Positions 62,878 to 64,000 of a stretch of DNA of 64,000 nucleotides are shown here, in pieces (within the stretch, counting starts at the first letter, position 1; each line of letters starts with the position of its first letter). A program made the translations under genes and the position numbers. The DNA comes from Selaginella moellendorffii. Its lineage: Eukaryota > Plantae > Lycopodiophyta. The notes beneath the pieces are model-generated. The model saw only the letters and a list, made by a program, of their open reading frames with translations. It ran no database searches and was not told where the DNA came from. Location of the stretch: assembly GCF_000143415.4 (NCBI RefSeq), contig NW_003314284.1, positions 1,222,693-1,286,692 on the forward strand. The letters run 5' to 3'.

Positions 62878-63834
62878 TCATACTTTTTCAACCATTTTAT
62901 GCTCCTGAAACCATTTTATAAATGAATGCATACCTTTCTCAAATGAAATATAAGATTTAAGAAGCAATAGATTTGTAGGAGGCTCATATGCAATCTCATA
63001 AGGGCCTGGATTCTCATCCTCAATTTCAACAATCCAAGCTTTAAGATTTGTAAGCGTTTCTACAACCTTAATCACTCCTTTAAATGGAATAGGGGGCCAT
63101 GGTGTCCCAATATCATATAAATTCACTTGTCCCATGCTGTGACTTGATAGAATACTATTGATCATCACAGCTACTGCATCATCAATGTATATATAGTTTT
63201 GTCGCCCTTTCCTTTGCTCCCATAATGGAACATCAGTCTTATGCAATATCTGATCAACAAACTTGTAATAGGGAAAATCTGGACGACCATAGCTCCCATA
63301 AACTGTACTAAACCTCCATTCCACAACTGGAAATGGTAGCTTTGGTGCCAAAGATTCAACTAACTTCTCCGCAGAACGGCTTGAAGGGATGTAAAAGCGA
63401 TTTGGGCTTGCAAAAAAGAAACCTTGCATGGATGGAACACTGCATGCCGCATCAAGCAGTGACTTCATAGTTCTCTCATTGTCCTCCAAATTCCAACTAT
63501 GCTCTTGCTGTGTAAAATCCACTACAATGTTTGGCTTCTTACTCCTTATCACGGCCATGGCCAACTCTGGATCTGTGGCACTTCCATAAACCACTTCAAT
63601 ACCCTTACTCTCAAGAAGAGGGGACCTCTCTGAACGCTCCACATCCAAGCCCGTCACCAGAAATCGTAGATTGGGATGCTTGTGTGCCTCCAATCCCAAA
63701 GCAAGCTGGCTACCAAGAAACCCACTTGCACCCACAATCAAAACCCGATATTCTTTTTTCTTTCTCATCTGGAAGATCAGCCAACCAAGTAAAACAAGGA
63801 CAAAGACACAAAGCAACACTGTGTTGGGAGACAT
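62878..63834 (-). CDS. GAE-like atypical SDR protein, second intact copy
   Basis: 318 aa from ATG 63834; differs from 36268-37224 by only a few residues. Confidence 0.85.
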   Translation of the reverse strand: MSPNTVLLCVFVLVLLGWLIFQMRKKKEYRVLIVGASGFLGSQLALGLEAHKHPNLRFLVTGLDVERSERSPLLESKGIEVVYGSATDPELAMAVIRSKKPNIVVDFTQQEHSWNLEDNERTMKSLLDAACSVPSMQGFFFASPNRFYIPSSRSAEKLVESLAPKLPFPVVEWRFSTVYGSYGRPDFPYYKFVDQILHKTDVPLWEQRKGRQNYIYIDDAVAVMINSILSSHSMGQVNLYDIGTPWPPIPFKGVIKVVETLTNLKAWIVEIEDENPGPYEIAYEPPTNLLLLKSYISFEKGMHSFIKWFQEHKMVEKV

Positions 63835-64000
63835 AATTTTAAACCCTAATGAAACAAAAAGGACTAAATAGGGCATATAAATAGTTACTAAAATGGACAA
63901 ACTTAGATTATAACTGATCACACTGAAATATTAATCCGCGGACTTTTGTCGATTGATAGCGAGTCACCCGGTTGGAGAGGAATAGAAAACATAAAAGACC

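Larger units (their letters stand above)
59290..64000 (+). repeat. Segmental duplication, copy 2 (partner 32227-37310); runs to the window end
   Basis: Colinear near-identity, including the SDR gene. Confidence 0.92.

Overview
Eukaryotic, intron-containing land-plant DNA. The 50-70 bp introns, tight gene packing and scattered PPR relics suggest a lycophyte such as Selaginella (inference). 1-6.5 kb: 3' part of VPS50, a CCHC zinc-knuckle gene and plastid SUFB. 8-21 kb: AT-rich block of decayed Ty3/gypsy elements that also holds a decayed cyanovirin-N-homology (CVNH) lectin gene. 21-44 kb: DUF639 pseudogene, PRMT4, NSE4, a Crinkler/RHS-type NTPase-nuclease gene, then a shuffled mosaic of NSE4, P450, PPR and aspartic-protease fragments, an atypical GAE-like SDR family and a CYP71-clan P450. 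44-56.5 kb: a short-LTR gypsy element interrupted by a young 7.6-kb non-coding LTR element (1.77/1.75-kb LTRs, GTGAT TSD). 57-64 kb: a divergent double-AP2 gene, split into exons the ORF track largely misses, next to a recent ~5-kb segmental duplicate of 32.2-37.3 kb. The most striking observation is that the nested element's U5 and ~4-kb internal region read as an almost continuous chain of short stem-loops. The stems inspected show sense-strand G-U wobbles, two tRNA T-loop/B-box hairpins and a duplicated module with compensatory base changes, which points to a multi-kilobase structured non-coding RNA. All calls are by eye; no database searches or folding programs were run.
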